From the NCBI GenBank assembly GCA_038245435.1, contig JBBRSL010000001.1, forward strand, positions 1 through 59,897: 59,897 nt of DNA, written 5' to 3'. Both the position numbers and the translations under genes were made by a program. The notes under the pieces are model-generated. The model searched no databases. It saw only the letters and a list, made by a program, of their open reading frames with translations, and had not been told where the DNA came from. Source of the DNA: Candidatus Saccharimonadales bacterium. Its GTDB lineage: Bacteria; Patescibacteriota; Saccharimonadia; Saccharimonadales; CAIOMD01. Shown in pieces: positions 27,163 through 36,902 of this stretch; within the stretch, counting starts at the first letter, position 1; each line of letters opens with the position of its first letter.

Positions 27163-29787
27163 TTGAGCGAAGCTGCGAGCGCTAAAAAAAGGTTAGTTTT
27201 AATCGACGGTAAGAGTGTTTTTTATCGTGGTTACTACGCCATGCCAAACCTGAGCACAAAAGATGGTACGCCGACTGGTGGCGTATATGGATTTGCTGTG
27301 CTAAGCCTTGATGTCATTAAAAAACTCAACCCTGATTACGTGGCTGTCGCATGGGATAAGCCTAAAACCAATATCCGTAAACGGCTCGAAATTTACCCCG
27401 AATATAAAGCAGGTCGTAAGCCCGCACCACCAGATTTTTATGCGCAGATTCCCATCTTACATGAACTGCTCGATGCGTTTGGCTGGCCAATGTACGAACT
27501 CGACGATTACGAAGCAGACGATATTATGGCGGGGCTTGCCAAAAAGGCTCAGGCCGAAGATATCGAGGTTATTTTAGTAACAGGCGACTACGATTCGTTG
27601 CAGTTACTTAATGCCACTACGCACGTGTACTTGCCGCAAAAAGGCTTTAATGTAGACTTGTTTAAAGAAGACGCTTTCGAAGAAAAATACGGTATAAAGG
27701 TCGAGCAATTTTTAGATTACAAATCACTTGTTGGCGATACGAGCGATAACATTCCTGGGGTACCGGGCATCGGTGCAGTTGCTGCAAAAAACTTACTTAA
27801 CACGTATGCCACTCTCGACGAAATCTACGATAACGTTGAACTTATTAGCGGTGCTGTACATAAAAAGTTAGTCGCTGGTAAAGAATCGGCATATCTAAGC
27901 AAGCAACTTGCCACATTATTTATCGATGCACCAATCGATTTAGACCTCGATGGCATGAATGTCCACAAATTTGATGCCGCCCGTTTGAGGGCAAACCTCG
28001 AAAAGCTTGAATTTAAGGCGATTATTCGCCAAATGGCAGACTTGCCAAAACATACCGATATTGTATCCGAATCAGACATTGTACCGGCTCGTTCTAGCCT
28101 TGCCGCGCAGGCCACTGTTTCGTTAATTGCTCCAGAGGCAGCAGATTTCGAAAATGAACCCGAGCTCTACGTCTACGCCCGTAGCCGCGGTGCTCATGGA
28201 GACCGGCCCGAACTTATTGTAGTTGGCGGTAAAACCTGGGTAACAATTATTGATCCTAAATATTTTGAAAGTTACGCCCAGTATTTCAATAAACCACTCA
28301 TTGGGTATGATGTTAAGCACAGTATCAAAAGCTTGCTAACGCTCGGCGTAAAAAACCCTGTAGTTGGGCATGATGTGCAGGTATGTGCCTTTTTACTTAA
28401 TTCACTCGATAGAGCACTGGGGCTTGATGATTTAGCAGAGCGCCTCAATATGCAAGCGACTAACTTGCAAGACGTACCAACCGAAGATATCGGCGAATTT
28501 GCCCCAGGTTATATTGCGGCGCTTGTGGCCCTAACACACGAACAGCGCGATGAAGTACCCGAAGATTCGTCGTTCGAAAAGCTCATGCGTGATATCGAAT
28601 GGCCGGTCATCCCAGTGCTTGCCCATATGGAGCAGCGCGGTATAGGTATTGATGTGCCATATTTTGAAACCATGAGCAAAAAAATGGCTGACGAGATTGC
28701 TGGCCTCGAGCAGAAAATTTATGGCCATGCCGAGCGCGAATTTAACATTAGTAGCCCGCAGCAATTAGCCGTGGTTTTGTTCGAAGATATGGGCTTGCCA
28801 ACCAACGGTATTAAAAAAGGTAAAACGGGTTACAGCACCGCTGCTAACGAACTCGATAAACTCCGCGCCTATAACCCAATTATTGATCTTATTACGCAGT
28901 ACCGCGAACTTTCTAAGCTTAAAAGTACCTATGTAGATGCGTTGCCAAAATTGGTCGATGCTAATAGCCGCTTGCATACAACGTTTAACCTAACCGTTGC
29001 CCAAACTGGGCGCTTAAGCAGTGCCGACCCTAACCTGCAAAACATACCAGTGCGTAGCGACCTCGGGCGTACTATTCGCACAGGGTTTGTAGCACGGCCA
29101 GACCACGTTTTTGTCAGTGCCGATTACAGCCAGTTCGAACTCCGTTTAGCGGCCGTAATGGCAGGTGATACCGACATGATAGAAACGTTTAATAGTGGCG
29201 CAGATATTCATACCCGCACGGCTGCAGAAGTGTATGGTATTTCGCTCGATGATGTAACCAAAGACATGCGTAGTAATGCTAAAACTATTAACTTTGGCGT
29301 GCTGTATGGCATGAGCCCACACGGTTTAGCAATTGCCACGGGTATGACTTTTGGTGATGCTAAAGAATTTATTGACCGTTACTTTGCCAGCCGCCAGCCA
29401 CTGGTTGATTATATTGCAAAGCTAAAACACCAGGCAAAAGAGCGGGGATATGTTGAAACGCTATTTGGTCGCCGTCGCCCAACACCAGACGTACACAGCT
29501 CTAACTTTATTGTGCGCCAAGCAGCTGAACGCCAAGCTGTTAATATGCCCATTCAAGGTACTGAAGCCGACCTTATGAAAATGGCTATGATAACCGTAGA
29601 TAAACGCTTGCCAAACGATTGTGTGCAGCTGTTGCAAATACATGACAGCATTTTAGTTGAGTGCCCCGAAACCCGTGCCGAAGAAGTAGAAACACTACTT
29701 AAGGACACCATGGAAAACATTCACCCGAGCCTTGGTATTACGCTGAGCGTTGATGTACACACTGGCAAAAACTGGGGCGAATTATAG
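27163..29787 (+). CDS. polA: DNA polymerase I
   Basis: 874 aa. 5'-nuclease domain (LIDGKSVFYRGYYA), a middle domain and Pol A motifs (DYSQFELRLAA, RSNAKTINFGVLYG, QIHDSILVE). TTG start. Confidence 0.95.
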   Translation: MSEAASAKKRLVLIDGKSVFYRGYYAMPNLSTKDGTPTGGVYGFAVLSLDVIKKLNPDYVAVAWDKPKTNIRKRLEIYPEYKAGRKPAPPDFYAQIPILHELLDAFGWPMYELDDYEADDIMAGLAKKAQAEDIEVILVTGDYDSLQLLNATTHVYLPQKGFNVDLFKEDAFEEKYGIKVEQFLDYKSLVGDTSDNIPGVPGIGAVAAKNLLNTYATLDEIYDNVELISGAVHKKLVAGKESAYLSKQLATLFIDAPIDLDLDGMNVHKFDAARLRANLEKLEFKAIIRQMADLPKHTDIVSESDIVPARSSLAAQATVSLIAPEAADFENEPELYVYARSRGAHGDRPELIVVGGKTWVTIIDPKYFESYAQYFNKPLIGYDVKHSIKSLLTLGVKNPVVGHDVQVCAFLLNSLDRALGLDDLAERLNMQATNLQDVPTEDIGEFAPGYIAALVALTHEQRDEVPEDSSFEKLMRDIEWPVIPVLAHMEQRGIGIDVPYFETMSKKMADEIAGLEQKIYGHAEREFNISSPQQLAVVLFEDMGLPTNGIKKGKTGYSTAANELDKLRAYNPIIDLITQYRELSKLKSTYVDALPKLVDANSRLHTTFNLTVAQTGRLSSADPNLQNIPVRSDLGRTIRTGFVARPDHVFVSADYSQFELRLAAVMAGDTDMIETFNSGADIHTRTAAEVYGISLDDVTKDMRSNAKTINFGVLYGMSPHGLAIATGMTFGDAKEFIDRYFASRQPLVDYIAKLKHQAKERGYVETLFGRRRPTPDVHSSNFIVRQAAERQAVNMPIQGTEADLMKMAMITVDKRLPNDCVQLLQIHDSILVECPETRAEEVETLLKDTMENIHPSLGITLSVDVHTGKNWGEL

Positions 29788-29799
29788 TTAGGAATACTG

Positions 29800-30297
29800 A
29801 TGGCAAATTATAAAGGGCATATAGTTGGGGGTTTTGGGGCATCTGCTGCATATGCGGCGGTTATATCTTTAACGCCTATTCAGCACTATGCCGAACGCGT
29901 AGATTTACTGCATAGCTGGCAAGCACTGGCCGCAGTATTTGTTATTGGCATGCTGTTTGGCTTGTTCCCAGATGTAGACACCAATAGTAAAGCCCAAGAT
30001 ATATTTTTTTGGACTGTGTTTCCGCTCGATATACTGCTGCTGGCTACGGGTAGCATTCAGGCCGCGGCATATTTGGGGATAATCGCTATGTTGCCCATTG
30101 TGGGGCACCACCGTGGCTGGACGCACAAAGTGTGGGCGATGTTTGTAGTACCGCTACCAATTTTGATTGTGCCATATTTATACAACCAAAACGTGTTGCC
30201 AATTGCGGCCATGTATTACGGTGCCGCGGTAGTCGGCTACTTTAGCCATTTATTGCTAGATGGCCTTATCATTAAAAGCATCCGCGTAAAAGGCTAA
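29800..30297 (+). CDS. membrane-bound metal-dependent hydrolase (DUF457/YdjM-like)
   Basis: 165 aa and polytopic. N-terminal KGH, HHRGWTH and C-terminal HLLLD are conserved His/Asp positions of the family. Confidence 0.5.
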   Translation: MANYKGHIVGGFGASAAYAAVISLTPIQHYAERVDLLHSWQALAAVFVIGMLFGLFPDVDTNSKAQDIFFWTVFPLDILLLATGSIQAAAYLGIIAMLPIVGHHRGWTHKVWAMFVVPLPILIVPYLYNQNVLPIAAMYYGAAVVGYFSHLLLDGLIIKSIRVKG

Positions 30298-30317
30298 GTG
30301 CGTGCCATACTTAAACT

Positions 30318-30710
30318 ATGAATAGCACCGACTGGTATCACCAACTTAAAAAGCCATTTTGGGCACCTGCAGATTGGGTTTTTGGTACTGTTTGGAGCAT
30401 TGTGTACCCGATTATATTTGCGGTAAATATTTACGTTTTATATCTGTTAACTCAGCACAAAATTACCTGGTTAATTGCGCTACCATTTTGGTTGAACCTA
30501 TTTTTTAACGCTATTTTTACACCCATTCAGTTTGGGCTTCGCAATAACGCATGGGCGTTTGTAGATATTTTGCTTATTTTGGTGACTATAGTGTGGGCAA
30601 TTATTGCCATTTGGCCACATGCCAAAATTGCATCCATCGCTTTTGTGCCATATTTAATTTGGGTGAGTATCGCTACCGCACTACAGCTCAGCATTACTAT
30701 TAAAAACTAG
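30318..30710 (+). CDS. TspO/MBR family protein (short, about 4 TM)
   Basis: WYHQLKKPFWAPADWVFGTVWSIVYP is the TspO signature region. At 130 aa it appears to lack the first helix of canonical members. Confidence 0.7.
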   Translation: MNSTDWYHQLKKPFWAPADWVFGTVWSIVYPIIFAVNIYVLYLLTQHKITWLIALPFWLNLFFNAIFTPIQFGLRNNAWAFVDILLILVTIVWAIIAIWPHAKIASIAFVPYLIWVSIATALQLSITIKN

Positions 30711-30745
30711 TGCTATACTTTTGTAGCTAACACGAAAGAAACACC

Positions 30746-31162
30746 ATGATAATTTATTACACCGACGGCAGTTGTGAACCAAACCCGGGCAAGGGTGGTT
30801 TTGCGGTTATAAAAAATATGAAACCTCACGTTTTAGGCGGTGAACCTGAAACGACTAATATTCGCATGGAAGGTTTGGCGATTATTGCAGCACTTAAAGA
30901 CGCAGCAGGCGAGCATGCCGAAATCTATAGCGATAGCGAATTTTGGATAAACGTTATTACCAAATGGTCTATCCCATGGGAGGCAAACGGCTGGAAGAAA
31001 AAAGGTGGAGAGATTAAAAACATCGACATTGTACAAGAAGTTGTACCGCTATACCGTGAAAGTAACGCTACACTGGTTTGGGTGCGCGGCCACAACGACG
31101 ACCCCGGTAACGAACTAGCTGACGAATGGGCCAATAAAGCTCGCACCGGCGAACGCATTTAG
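30746..31162 (+). CDS. rnhA: ribonuclease HI
   Basis: IYYTDGSCEPNPGKGG ... EGLA ... SDSEF ... GHNDDPGNELADEWA catalytic DEDD pattern. Confidence 0.9.
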   Translation: MIIYYTDGSCEPNPGKGGFAVIKNMKPHVLGGEPETTNIRMEGLAIIAALKDAAGEHAEIYSDSEFWINVITKWSIPWEANGWKKKGGEIKNIDIVQEVVPLYRESNATLVWVRGHNDDPGNELADEWANKARTGERI

Positions 31163-31187
31163 AGTAATAAATGCTAAAATAGTACGA

Positions 31188-31661
31188 ATGAGTAAAAAAC
31201 TAATTTTAGGTATTGTAGTCTTAATTGCTCTTGCAATAGCGGTATACTTTGTATTTTTTACCGCCAATGAAGCAGCAGCCCCCGCAGAAACTGTCCAAGT
31301 ACAACCCACACCCACCCAGCAGGTGGCAACCGAAGCACAATCGACCGTAGATCAGCCCGGGGAATACAAAGATTATAGCGAACGTGATGCTAACGCGACT
31401 CAGGGTACTAAGCTTTTGTTTTTTCATGCACCGTGGTGCCCGCAATGTCGCTCACTTGACTCTAGTATTAAATCTGGCACAGTTCCAAGGGGTACGACCA
31501 TATACAAAGTAGATTACGATAGCAACCAAGCATTGCGCCAAAAGTACGGCGTGACGATTCAAACGACAGTAGTAAAAATAGACGATAATGGTAACCTCGT
31601 TAAAAAATATGTTGCTTACGACGAACCAACACTTGCTGCTGTAATTAAAAACCTACCGTAA
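31188..31661 (+). CDS. membrane-anchored thioredoxin-family protein
   Basis: N-terminal TM helix and a WCPQC active site in FFHAPWCPQCRSL. Confidence 0.8.
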   Translation: MSKKLILGIVVLIALAIAVYFVFFTANEAAAPAETVQVQPTPTQQVATEAQSTVDQPGEYKDYSERDANATQGTKLLFFHAPWCPQCRSLDSSIKSGTVPRGTTIYKVDYDSNQALRQKYGVTIQTTVVKIDDNGNLVKKYVAYDEPTLAAVIKNLP

Positions 31662-32390
31662 ATGGGTTTACTGTTCGCATCATTTTTGGCAGGCGTTTTA
31701 ACAGTTGCAGCACCTTGTATCTTGCCACTTTTACCGGTGGTAATTGGCGGTGTTGCACTTCAGGGCGATAGACCAAAATCTAAATGGTCACATGCGGTTA
31801 TTATTTCGCTAAGTTTGGCAGTTTCGGTCGTTGTTTTTACATTGTTACTTAAAGCCACTACTGCACTTTTGGGCATCCCGCAAGAAGTTTGGAGCATAAT
31901 TTCGGGCGGCATCGTGCTACTTTTAGGGGTTTATTTTTTGTTCCCGGCTTTATGGGATAGTTTTTCTGCAAAAGTAGGTCTCGGTACCAAAACTAATGCA
32001 TTAATGGGTAAATCATTTGGCAAAAAGGGTATAACCCGGGATATTTTAATTGGCGCGAGCCTTGGCCCAGTATTTAGCAGTTGTAGCCCGACATATGCAC
32101 TTATAGTTGCGCTTGTATTACCGCAATCGTTTGCCAAAGGTTTTGCGTATTTACTTGCTTATGCACTTGGTTTGGCCACCATATTACTGTTGTTGGCCCT
32201 ATTGGGCAGTAAGCTAGTTAAGGGTTTGGGCTGGCTAAGTAACCCACATGGCTTGTTTAAAAAAGTAATGGGTGTGCTATTTATAGTTGTGGGTATAAGC
32301 GTAATGTTTGGGTTTGATAAATCAATACAGAGCTATGTTTTAGAACAAGGGTGGTATGACCCAATCATAAAAATTGAACAACGCTTCTAG
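31662..32390 (+). CDS. ccdA: cytochrome c biogenesis protein CcdA / DsbD-family thiol-disulfide transporter
   Basis: Start abuts the thioredoxin stop. Six TM helices with conserved Cys in TM1 (AAPCILPLLP) and TM4 (SSCSPTY). Confidence 0.8.
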   Translation: MGLLFASFLAGVLTVAAPCILPLLPVVIGGVALQGDRPKSKWSHAVIISLSLAVSVVVFTLLLKATTALLGIPQEVWSIISGGIVLLLGVYFLFPALWDSFSAKVGLGTKTNALMGKSFGKKGITRDILIGASLGPVFSSCSPTYALIVALVLPQSFAKGFAYLLAYALGLATILLLLALLGSKLVKGLGWLSNPHGLFKKVMGVLFIVVGISVMFGFDKSIQSYVLEQGWYDPIIKIEQRF

Positions 32391-32445
32391 AACTAAAGTG
32401 CAAATGGTTTGCAAAATATAATTTATATTATATAATGTAAGTTAT

Positions 32446-33042
32446 ATGGATTACAGAGTTGCCAGGTTCTTACGAATCTTAATTTACATCTTACTTGGGC
32501 TGTTATGTCTGTTTATTTTGTATGTTGGCTTTAAGGGTATACAAAACACCTTAAAAAGCAGCAATGTTAAGCAAGAAGTACCTAAGTCGGTTAAGCTCAG
32601 TGATAATCAAAACAATGGTTCTCAGATGCGCTACGTTATAACAGGCCCCGTTGTTGCGAATCCGAATTTTAGAAAAACAACCATTATTGTTTCTGCGAAG
32701 CAGTCAGTGGTAGAAGTGACTAAAGGCTACGAAAGCGCACCTTCGTTGAGCCAAGCATTTACGAATAACCAAACCGCCTACAACACGTTCTTATCTGCAC
32801 TCGGCGTTGTTGGGTTTACCAGTACAAAAGCCGTGCCAGCTGGCGCGAGCCGTGAAGGCTCTTGCGCAACAGGCAATAAATATAGCTACCAGATTTATGC
32901 AAATGGTGCGTTTACGCAGGATACCTGGAACACAAGCTGTGATTCACGAACAGGTAGCTTTAACGGCAGTACGTCTCGTGTACAATCACTCTTTCAGGCT
33001 CAAATACCCAACTACAGCTCAATCGTTGGCTCTGTTCAGTAA
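32446..33042 (+). CDS. hypothetical membrane-anchored protein
   Basis: 198 aa with one N-terminal TM helix. The promoter-like sequence TTGCAA...TATAAT lies upstream (32419-32446 region). Confidence 0.55.
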   Translation: MDYRVARFLRILIYILLGLLCLFILYVGFKGIQNTLKSSNVKQEVPKSVKLSDNQNNGSQMRYVITGPVVANPNFRKTTIIVSAKQSVVEVTKGYESAPSLSQAFTNNQTAYNTFLSALGVVGFTSTKAVPAGASREGSCATGNKYSYQIYANGAFTQDTWNTSCDSRTGSFNGSTSRVQSLFQAQIPNYSSIVGSVQ

Positions 33043-33063
33043 GCTTGTGCCATAATAGGCACG

Positions 33064-33501
33064 ATGAATATTGAAATAAAAAAACTTCGCGAAAATGCAA
33101 TATTACCCGAATATCAAACAGAGCATGCCGCTGCGTCAGATTTGTGCGCGTGTATTGATGCACCGATAACGCTTAAGCACGGTGAATTTAAGGTTATACC
33201 AACCGGTATCGCTATTGCGCTGCCCCCAGGCTTTGAGGCCCAGATACGTGGTCGTAGCGGTAATGCAGCCAAGTTCGGCATAAGTGTCGTGCACGGTGTT
33301 GGTACGATTGATGCAGATTATCGTGGTGAACTCGGAGTTATCTTAATTAATCACGGACAAGATGATTTTGTAATTAATCACGGCGACCGAATCGCTCAAA
33401 TGATTATTGCTGCCCACGAACGTGCAGAGTGGCAAGAAGTTGCTGAACTCGACGAAACCAACCGCGCTACTGGCGGCTTTGGCAGCACTGGCAAAAACTA
33501 A
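33064..33501 (+). CDS. dut: dUTP diphosphatase
   Basis: [30 protein letters not shown] and C-terminal GGFGSTG motifs. Confidence 0.95.
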   Translation: MNIEIKKLRENAILPEYQTEHAAASDLCACIDAPITLKHGEFKVIPTGIAIALPPGFEAQIRGRSGNAAKFGISVVHGVGTIDADYRGELGVILINHGQDDFVINHGDRIAQMIIAAHERAEWQEVAELDETNRATGGFGSTGKN

Positions 33502-33569
33502 AACTGTTCATAAACGCTTGCGCTTTTGCTTAGGTAGGCGTATTACAGGTATATAACAGGAAAATAAAA

Positions 33570-34289
33570 ATGAGCCACGAAACAAACAATAAGCGAGAAT
33601 ATTTAATTAATCGTATTGAACGAGTTTCGTTGCCAGCTATCGAGCTTTTTACAGACCAACGAAAGTTTGATTTTTACTTAGAATTTATGCAGCGCTATGC
33701 AGGCGAATCGCATGGCACTTTACCGAAAATAGAACGTGACAGGGGCGGTGGTATGGTTGAGTATGATGGAACTGTCGTATCGGCAATGACCGATGACGGC
33801 TCGCATTTTTTACATATACGTCGCGGACATAGCCACGATATGCGCGGCCTTGAACCTGTTTTGCAGTTCTTCCCGGTTACGGCCGATTTTGAAACATTCG
33901 ACGTGAGTGAACTATGGGTAAACGGTGTTAATACGAACGCTATTGGTGGACCAACTCGGCTAGAGCTCACGCTAAGCCATCAGCCAGTGCACGAAGTAGA
34001 AGCTCTTTTTGAAATTAGTGATGAAGTATCGCTGCTCGAACGGGCAACTATACGTGGTATGCAAAAAATTGCTCAATCACGAAAAACTTCAAATGCTATA
34101 CGCTATGTACACGAAAACCAACGCTCGTACTTTACTTGGGGTAACGGTAGCCCGATTCAAACATTGCATAGTAATGAAGTAATTCAACACGATTTGAGGG
34201 CGCTCCATTATGCAGAGCAACAGGGGATTCTCGACAAAGAAGTGCGAAGCCATCAGGCTATTCGAGACTATATTATACGCGCGGCTTAA
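33570..34289 (+). CDS. hypothetical protein
   Basis: 239 aa with no recognised domain. The protein ends ...RDYIIRAA. Confidence 0.55.
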   Translation: MSHETNNKREYLINRIERVSLPAIELFTDQRKFDFYLEFMQRYAGESHGTLPKIERDRGGGMVEYDGTVVSAMTDDGSHFLHIRRGHSHDMRGLEPVLQFFPVTADFETFDVSELWVNGVNTNAIGGPTRLELTLSHQPVHEVEALFEISDEVSLLERATIRGMQKIAQSRKTSNAIRYVHENQRSYFTWGNGSPIQTLHSNEVIQHDLRALHYAEQQGILDKEVRSHQAIRDYIIRAA

Positions 34290-34313
34290 AAGATTATTTT
34301 TATAAATGCATAT

Positions 34314-34898
34314 ATGAAAAACATAGCAGCTATCGATATGATGCATCATCGAATTCCCGGAGGGCTTGATATTGATACGGTGCATGCAAACCCTGAAATA
34401 GAATGCATAAATGTGCACTGTTGGGTACTGAGCAGTGACGGCAAATCTGTACTTATGCAGCGTCGCTCATCAACCGTTTTGACCTACGCAAACATGTACG
34501 ATATTTCGATGGCGGGGCACGTTGATGGTGATGAGCTACCACTGCAAGCAATGCTGCGCGAATCGCTCGAAGAGGGCGCGCTAGACTTAACTGGTAGACT
34601 TATTGTGCCTGACATCCCCGTAGATGTCGCCGAAGCTGGTCGTTATGCAAAGGGCCCCCCATGGCTACACAATCAGCTCGTGTACATTTATTTTGTAGTG
34701 CTTGACCCAGCAGAAGTAGCGCTCAGGGCAGGTGACGGTGAGGTGGGCTCGTTTGAATGGTGGAACCTTGATACATTTGCACTAAGAGCCGCAAACCCTA
34801 TGAGTAAGCGTTTAGTGCCACATCCAAACTGGTATTACCAAATGGTTATTAAAAAACTTTATGAGCTCAGCCGCACACGTGCGAAAATAGCTGCGTGA
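34314..34898 (+). CDS. NUDIX hydrolase (IDI-like subgroup possible)
   Basis: Nudix box GHVDGDELPLQAMLRESLEEGAL. The region before it (VHCWVLSSDGKSVLMQRRSS...YANMYDISMAG) resembles isopentenyl-diphosphate isomerase type 1-like Nudix proteins. Confidence 0.7.
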   Translation: MKNIAAIDMMHHRIPGGLDIDTVHANPEIECINVHCWVLSSDGKSVLMQRRSSTVLTYANMYDISMAGHVDGDELPLQAMLRESLEEGALDLTGRLIVPDIPVDVAEAGRYAKGPPWLHNQLVYIYFVVLDPAEVALRAGDGEVGSFEWWNLDTFALRAANPMSKRLVPHPNWYYQMVIKKLYELSRTRAKIAA

Positions 34899-35476
34899 TA
34901 AAAGCAATTATTTTTGACTGTTTTGGAGTGCTCTATGTGCATCGTGGCCCAGAGTTTTTACGAGCCCATGCCGTAAATTATCAAGAAGTAAAACCGCAGC
35001 TTAAAGACCTCAGTAACCAAACCGATTATGGGCTTATATCGCAACAGGATTACGTACAAGCAGTTACCGAATTAACAGGATTAAGCGTTGAAGAGGTTGA
35101 TGCGCATTCAGCGCGTGGTTTTGGTCGCAACGATGAACTTATGGATTACATCGAAAACACACTTCGCCCTCATTATAAAATTGGACTACTCAGTAATATT
35201 AGTCGTGGCACGATAGAGCAGTACTTTAGTGAAAAAGAACGAGCGCAATTATTTGATGCAGCTGCGTTATCGAGCGAAACAGGGATGATTAAACCAAATA
35301 TGGTTGCCTTTGAACACATTTGTGAGCAATTAGGTGTTGATACAAGCGAAGCAATCATGATTGACGACAATGCCGATAACTGCCGTGGGGCGGTGCTTGC
35401 TGGTATGCACGCCATTGACTATGATGGCCTGGCGCACTTACAGCGTAGTCTCGAAACAATACTACCCAAAAAATAA
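34895..35476 (+). CDS. HAD-superfamily hydrolase
   Basis: GTGA start/stop overlap. Motif I IIFDCFGV, motif II LLSN, motif IV MIDDNADN. Confidence 0.8.
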   Translation: MIKAIIFDCFGVLYVHRGPEFLRAHAVNYQEVKPQLKDLSNQTDYGLISQQDYVQAVTELTGLSVEEVDAHSARGFGRNDELMDYIENTLRPHYKIGLLSNISRGTIEQYFSEKERAQLFDAAALSSETGMIKPNMVAFEHICEQLGVDTSEAIMIDDNADNCRGAVLAGMHAIDYDGLAHLQRSLETILPKK

Positions 35477-35532
35477 AAAAAGGCGTACTATGCTTTGTAT
35501 AAGGTAGTTCCTAAAGAGCAAAATCCAAAAAT

Positions 35533-36579
35533 ATGAGTGCGCTAACCAGTGAGTTCTATAAAGCTCCAGATAGTCAGCCCTACCAGCCGACCGTTGCTGA
35601 ATTGCAAGAAATACTTATAGATTTTCCAAATGCCGAACGCGAAGCTCGGCAGATGAGCGCAATCGAAAATATCATTCTAGAACACGAAGGTAAGCCGTTT
35701 CATCTGACTTCGTTCCGTCCAACTGATGGGCTGCGCACGTGGACGAATGAATTTGGTGACGAGGTTCAGTATCCCGAATTACTTATGGTGCACGGTGTTG
35801 CGAGTGACGAACGATACTTTTGGTCATTATTCCAAAAAATGAATAAGCTCGGTATTGCATGCTCTGCGATTGAACTGCCGCGGGAGCATGGTGTTATTCA
35901 TGATGCCCAAGGGCTGCTGGATTGGCAGGTAGGCGCAACTGTTGCTACGCAGAAGTTTTTACAAGAACAGCATAGCAACCAGCACGTTGTACTTGGCGGG
36001 CATAGCAGGGGCTCGATAGTGACCGTAAAAGCAGCAGAACGAATCGTTGCAGAAAATGGCTCTGGCGCCATTGATGGTATTTTATTACTTGCACCATCGG
36101 TAGAGCCGAAAAGCCTTGGGCGTGTTGGTCTTAACCTATTTACCTTGGCATATAACTCATTTAAGCACTCGCGCGATATCCGCTTAGTTTCACGATACGT
36201 TCTTATGATTGCTGAGGTCGTGGCTGAAAATGTTCAACAAAGTATTATTGAAACAAAACAGGCATTGACGATAAATGTGAAAGAAGAAATGTACCACTCA
36301 TTGAAAGATGTATCTTTCTTTATTCCTGCCGGTGAAAATGATGAGTTTGTTGATCACAAAGCGCTCGCACAGCTCGCGCTTTTTGCCCCAGAAGGGAACA
36401 TATCTATTACAACGCTGAACACAAATCACATGCTTGGTGAGCGTGAACAGCAGGGCGTCCGTAGCCAGGCGGACCCGCGGTTATTATCTGGGCAAGTACT
36501 GAGTTGGTTGCAAAGTTTAACGAAAACATACCGACCGCTTTCACTAACACATGGCTATACAAAAACTAAGCGACTATAG
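35533..36579 (+). CDS. alpha/beta-fold hydrolase
   Basis: Nucleophile elbow GGHSRGS, an upstream HGV oxyanion region and a C-terminal His (TNHML). Confidence 0.6.
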   Translation: MSALTSEFYKAPDSQPYQPTVAELQEILIDFPNAEREARQMSAIENIILEHEGKPFHLTSFRPTDGLRTWTNEFGDEVQYPELLMVHGVASDERYFWSLFQKMNKLGIACSAIELPREHGVIHDAQGLLDWQVGATVATQKFLQEQHSNQHVVLGGHSRGSIVTVKAAERIVAENGSGAIDGILLLAPSVEPKSLGRVGLNLFTLAYNSFKHSRDIRLVSRYVLMIAEVVAENVQQSIIETKQALTINVKEEMYHSLKDVSFFIPAGENDEFVDHKALAQLALFAPEGNISITTLNTNHMLGEREQQGVRSQADPRLLSGQVLSWLQSLTKTYRPLSLTHGYTKTKRL

Positions 36580-36581
36580 GT

Positions 36582-36818
36582 TTAACCAATACGAATAACG
36601 AGTTTGCCGGTCAGCTGACAGCGTCGATTAATCTCAGGGAATCGCATACGAAGTTCGGTTGCTAAAATTCCGTTAGGCGCATAGAGCCAAACGGCATCTT
36701 TACGCACCTGTAATTTTGGTGTGAAATTGAACTGGGCCTGACAATATTCACGTAGAGCAGTCACCTCCGTCGGTTCATCTAAATTCTTTTTCACTAAAAG
36801 GTCTTTTAAGCTATCCAT
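36582..36818 (-). CDS. DUF721 (DciA-like) small protein
   Basis: 78 aa. VWLYAPNGILATELRMRFPEINRRC....LVIRIG matches the DUF721 C-terminal pattern. Confidence 0.4.
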   Translation of the reverse strand: MDSLKDLLVKKNLDEPTEVTALREYCQAQFNFTPKLQVRKDAVWLYAPNGILATELRMRFPEINRRCQLTGKLVIRIG

Positions 36819-36824
36819 TGTATT

Positions 36825-36888
36825 AAGAGTAAAGAGTAAAGAGTAAAGAGTAAAGAGTTTGCTGAGACTACTCTTAACTCTTTACTCT
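36825..36888 (+). repeat. tandem heptamer AAGAGTA x5 forming the 5' arm of a hairpin with a C/T/A-rich 3' arm
   Basis: aagagta aagagta aagagta aagagta aagagtt (36825-36859), loop tgctgagac, then tactcttaactctttactct (36869-36888). agagtaaagagt pairs perfectly with actctttactct. Confidence 0.85.
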
Positions 36889-36902
36889 ATACTGGTAGGT
36901 AT

